A stretch of 63,725 nucleotides of DNA, the filler included, from Collodictyon triciliatum (Eukaryota), in assembly GCA_043381765.1 (NCBI GenBank). It is 8 parts of 8 records of this genome, joined end to end, with 100 filler letters (N's around TTAATTAATTAA, not from the genome) between each part and the next. Parts side by side here need not be neighbours in the genome. Positions count along the whole stretch, not along the records: positions 59,741 to 63,725 come from JBHJMP010003418.1; 7 more parts are not named here. One strand, 5' to 3'. The notes below the pieces were generated by a model, which worked only from the letters and a program-made list of their open reading frames with translations, was not told the DNA's origin and did not search any database. Made by a program: the position numbers and the translations under genes. Below are positions 61,931 to 63,725 of this stretch, one piece after another (the stretch's first letter is position 1; each line of letters starts with the position of its first letter).

Positions 61931-63725
61931 TAATATTGTAAGCCTAAGGCCATCGTTTAATGGTCTTGACGAATCTCAGCACCTTTTTCCCAGCTGGTGC
62001 CTTCCTGGCGATTGTGGGTATGTGGTCAAAAAAGCTGACCGCTTTCATGTGTTACGGCTGGAATGATATTGATCGGTATGTGGTGAGGTACACTGATTTT
62101 GGAGTGTGAATTTGTGTAGCTTATATCGCGTATTTAGGAGCTCGTTTATAAATGTTTTATGCTTGTTTGTGTGTATGTCAGCTCGGGTGTATTTATGTTG
62201 CTTACTGGTGTTTACGTGTTTCCTTAGGTGATCTTCTAATGTTCTTAGTGTCTTATACTTACTCATAGTTTCTGCTACGCAGTAGCTTTGTGCTTATCAG
62301 AGCATCGTAAACGTCTATAGACTTCGTGTGAAGCGAGTCACTATGTTTCGAATTCGTAGTGTCGATTTTACCTGTTTTATGTTTTACTGATCTTCATACC
62401 ACTTCTGTTTTTATTTTAACCGCTCGCTGGCTCTTATGGCTCGGTGTGTTAGGCTTATGTTTTATGTTTTAATGGTTATGCTAATTATGGCTGGTATCGT
62501 ACTGTCTTCCATTGTTTTCACCTCGCGTGTACTGCTAATGGGTTCGTTATGTCCCTTTACGTTTATGCCTTTAATGTCTTACAAAATGTATTTTCATGCT
62601 ACTCTCTGTCGTGTTATGTCCTTTGAATGGTTGGTTGTAGTAGAATGTGCCCTTATCCGTTTACGATACCTTTTCTGTAGCTATCGCTTTGAGTGTGTTT
62701 AGGTGGTTTTATGTACTTATGTAGTTTATGTCCGTTTTAGTGTCTTTGAGCTGTTAATGTTGTCTATGTGTAGATGATGTTCTTCAGTGTTATTAATGTT
62801 TTATTAATGTTTTTCACCCTGTTTAATTGTTCTTAGAATGTTTATGTTTATGTTTGTATGTTTAATGTTTTATTTTTATGTTTTGTGTTTTACGGATGTA
62901 GGTTCTATGGTGTGGTACTGTTTTATGTGTTTTTTATGGTGTGTATTATGATGGTGCGAACTTCGTTTCGTGGCCAAGAGGCCGAAAGTTTTCCGAGGGG
63001 TTCGGTCCACCTTAATTGGTGAGTAGGGCAGAGGGTGGATGGTCGCGTGGCATGTAGCCATCTGGAGAGTGGTGTGTTTGCGCGGTCCGCACCAGATGAA
63101 AGCCTACGGGCCAAGGGGCATTGGTGAAGCGGATTGGTGTGTTTTTGAATGTTTTGTGGCGTGCCAGTGCCTGCGCGAACCTGTGCCTTCAATCGGGCCA
63201 GGGATGACCTGGAGATCTTGCCAGCTTCCTAGCTGTGTAGTTAAGCAACTGGTAGGAAGCGAGTGGAGTATGAACTTTTGACTCGGTGCAGGCGCGACCT
63301 GAAAACTGTATGATGGAGTCTCAACCACACTCTGCTCTTCTGGCCGTTTCGCTAACCCTTTGTTCGTTGGATCGCATTCGAGCTGGCCACGGAACCTGCG
63401 CCACATCACTTGTAGGACGGTTAGGCACTGGCGACTGGGTAATACACACACTGGTAGTAACCACCACCGGAGAGTACAGTATCCACCTGAAGCGTATTTA
63501 CCCTGAGTCTATGTTCCCGCGGCAAGCTATTAATCGTTGTAAAGTGTATAAGCAAAGGTCAGCAATCCTGTAGGGTGTAGCCGGCGCCTCATAATGTACA
63601 CGTCACACCATAAAATATAAGTGTAGATACGTGAATTTAGTCGTTCTGCGCTAAATGAGTTTGTCGAACGAGAAAACACACTTCCTTGTGTTAAAGAGCA
63701 CTTTATTTCAAAGAAATTGATTTAA

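Overview
Eukaryotic, AT-rich, intron-dense and microsatellite-rich nuclear DNA, read with the standard genetic code. The organism is probably a flagellated protist (CFAP45) with mitochondria (PPR protein), peroxisomes (PTS-bearing FATP) and vaults (MVP). The window is not one locus. It is eight contigs joined by identical artificial 100-nt linkers (N44-TTAATTAATTAA-N44) in strictly decreasing length (8678, 8673, 8669, 8667, 8663, 8654, 7036, 3985 nt), so gene neighbourhood across linkers is uninformative. Genes were reconstructed by manual splicing: neurobeachin/BEACH-family N-terminal half, acyl-protein thioesterase, HDDC2 (3' part), ADA3-like, tandem START protein, PPR protein, CFAP45, a possible Nup50 first exon, an ammonium transporter, a TOM1/THH1-like membrane protein, SCCPDH-like, FATP/SLC27, a secreted RCC1-like propeller, a WD40/Cys-rich/multi-TM protein, major vault protein and a CAR/GCR1-like GPCR. 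There is also a 2-kb satellite. The best candidate for a new system is the ammonium transporter, which has a signal peptide, an extracellular EGF-like domain and a substituted Phe gate, suggesting a receptor-type Amt. All family assignments come from motif recognition by eye, not from database searches.
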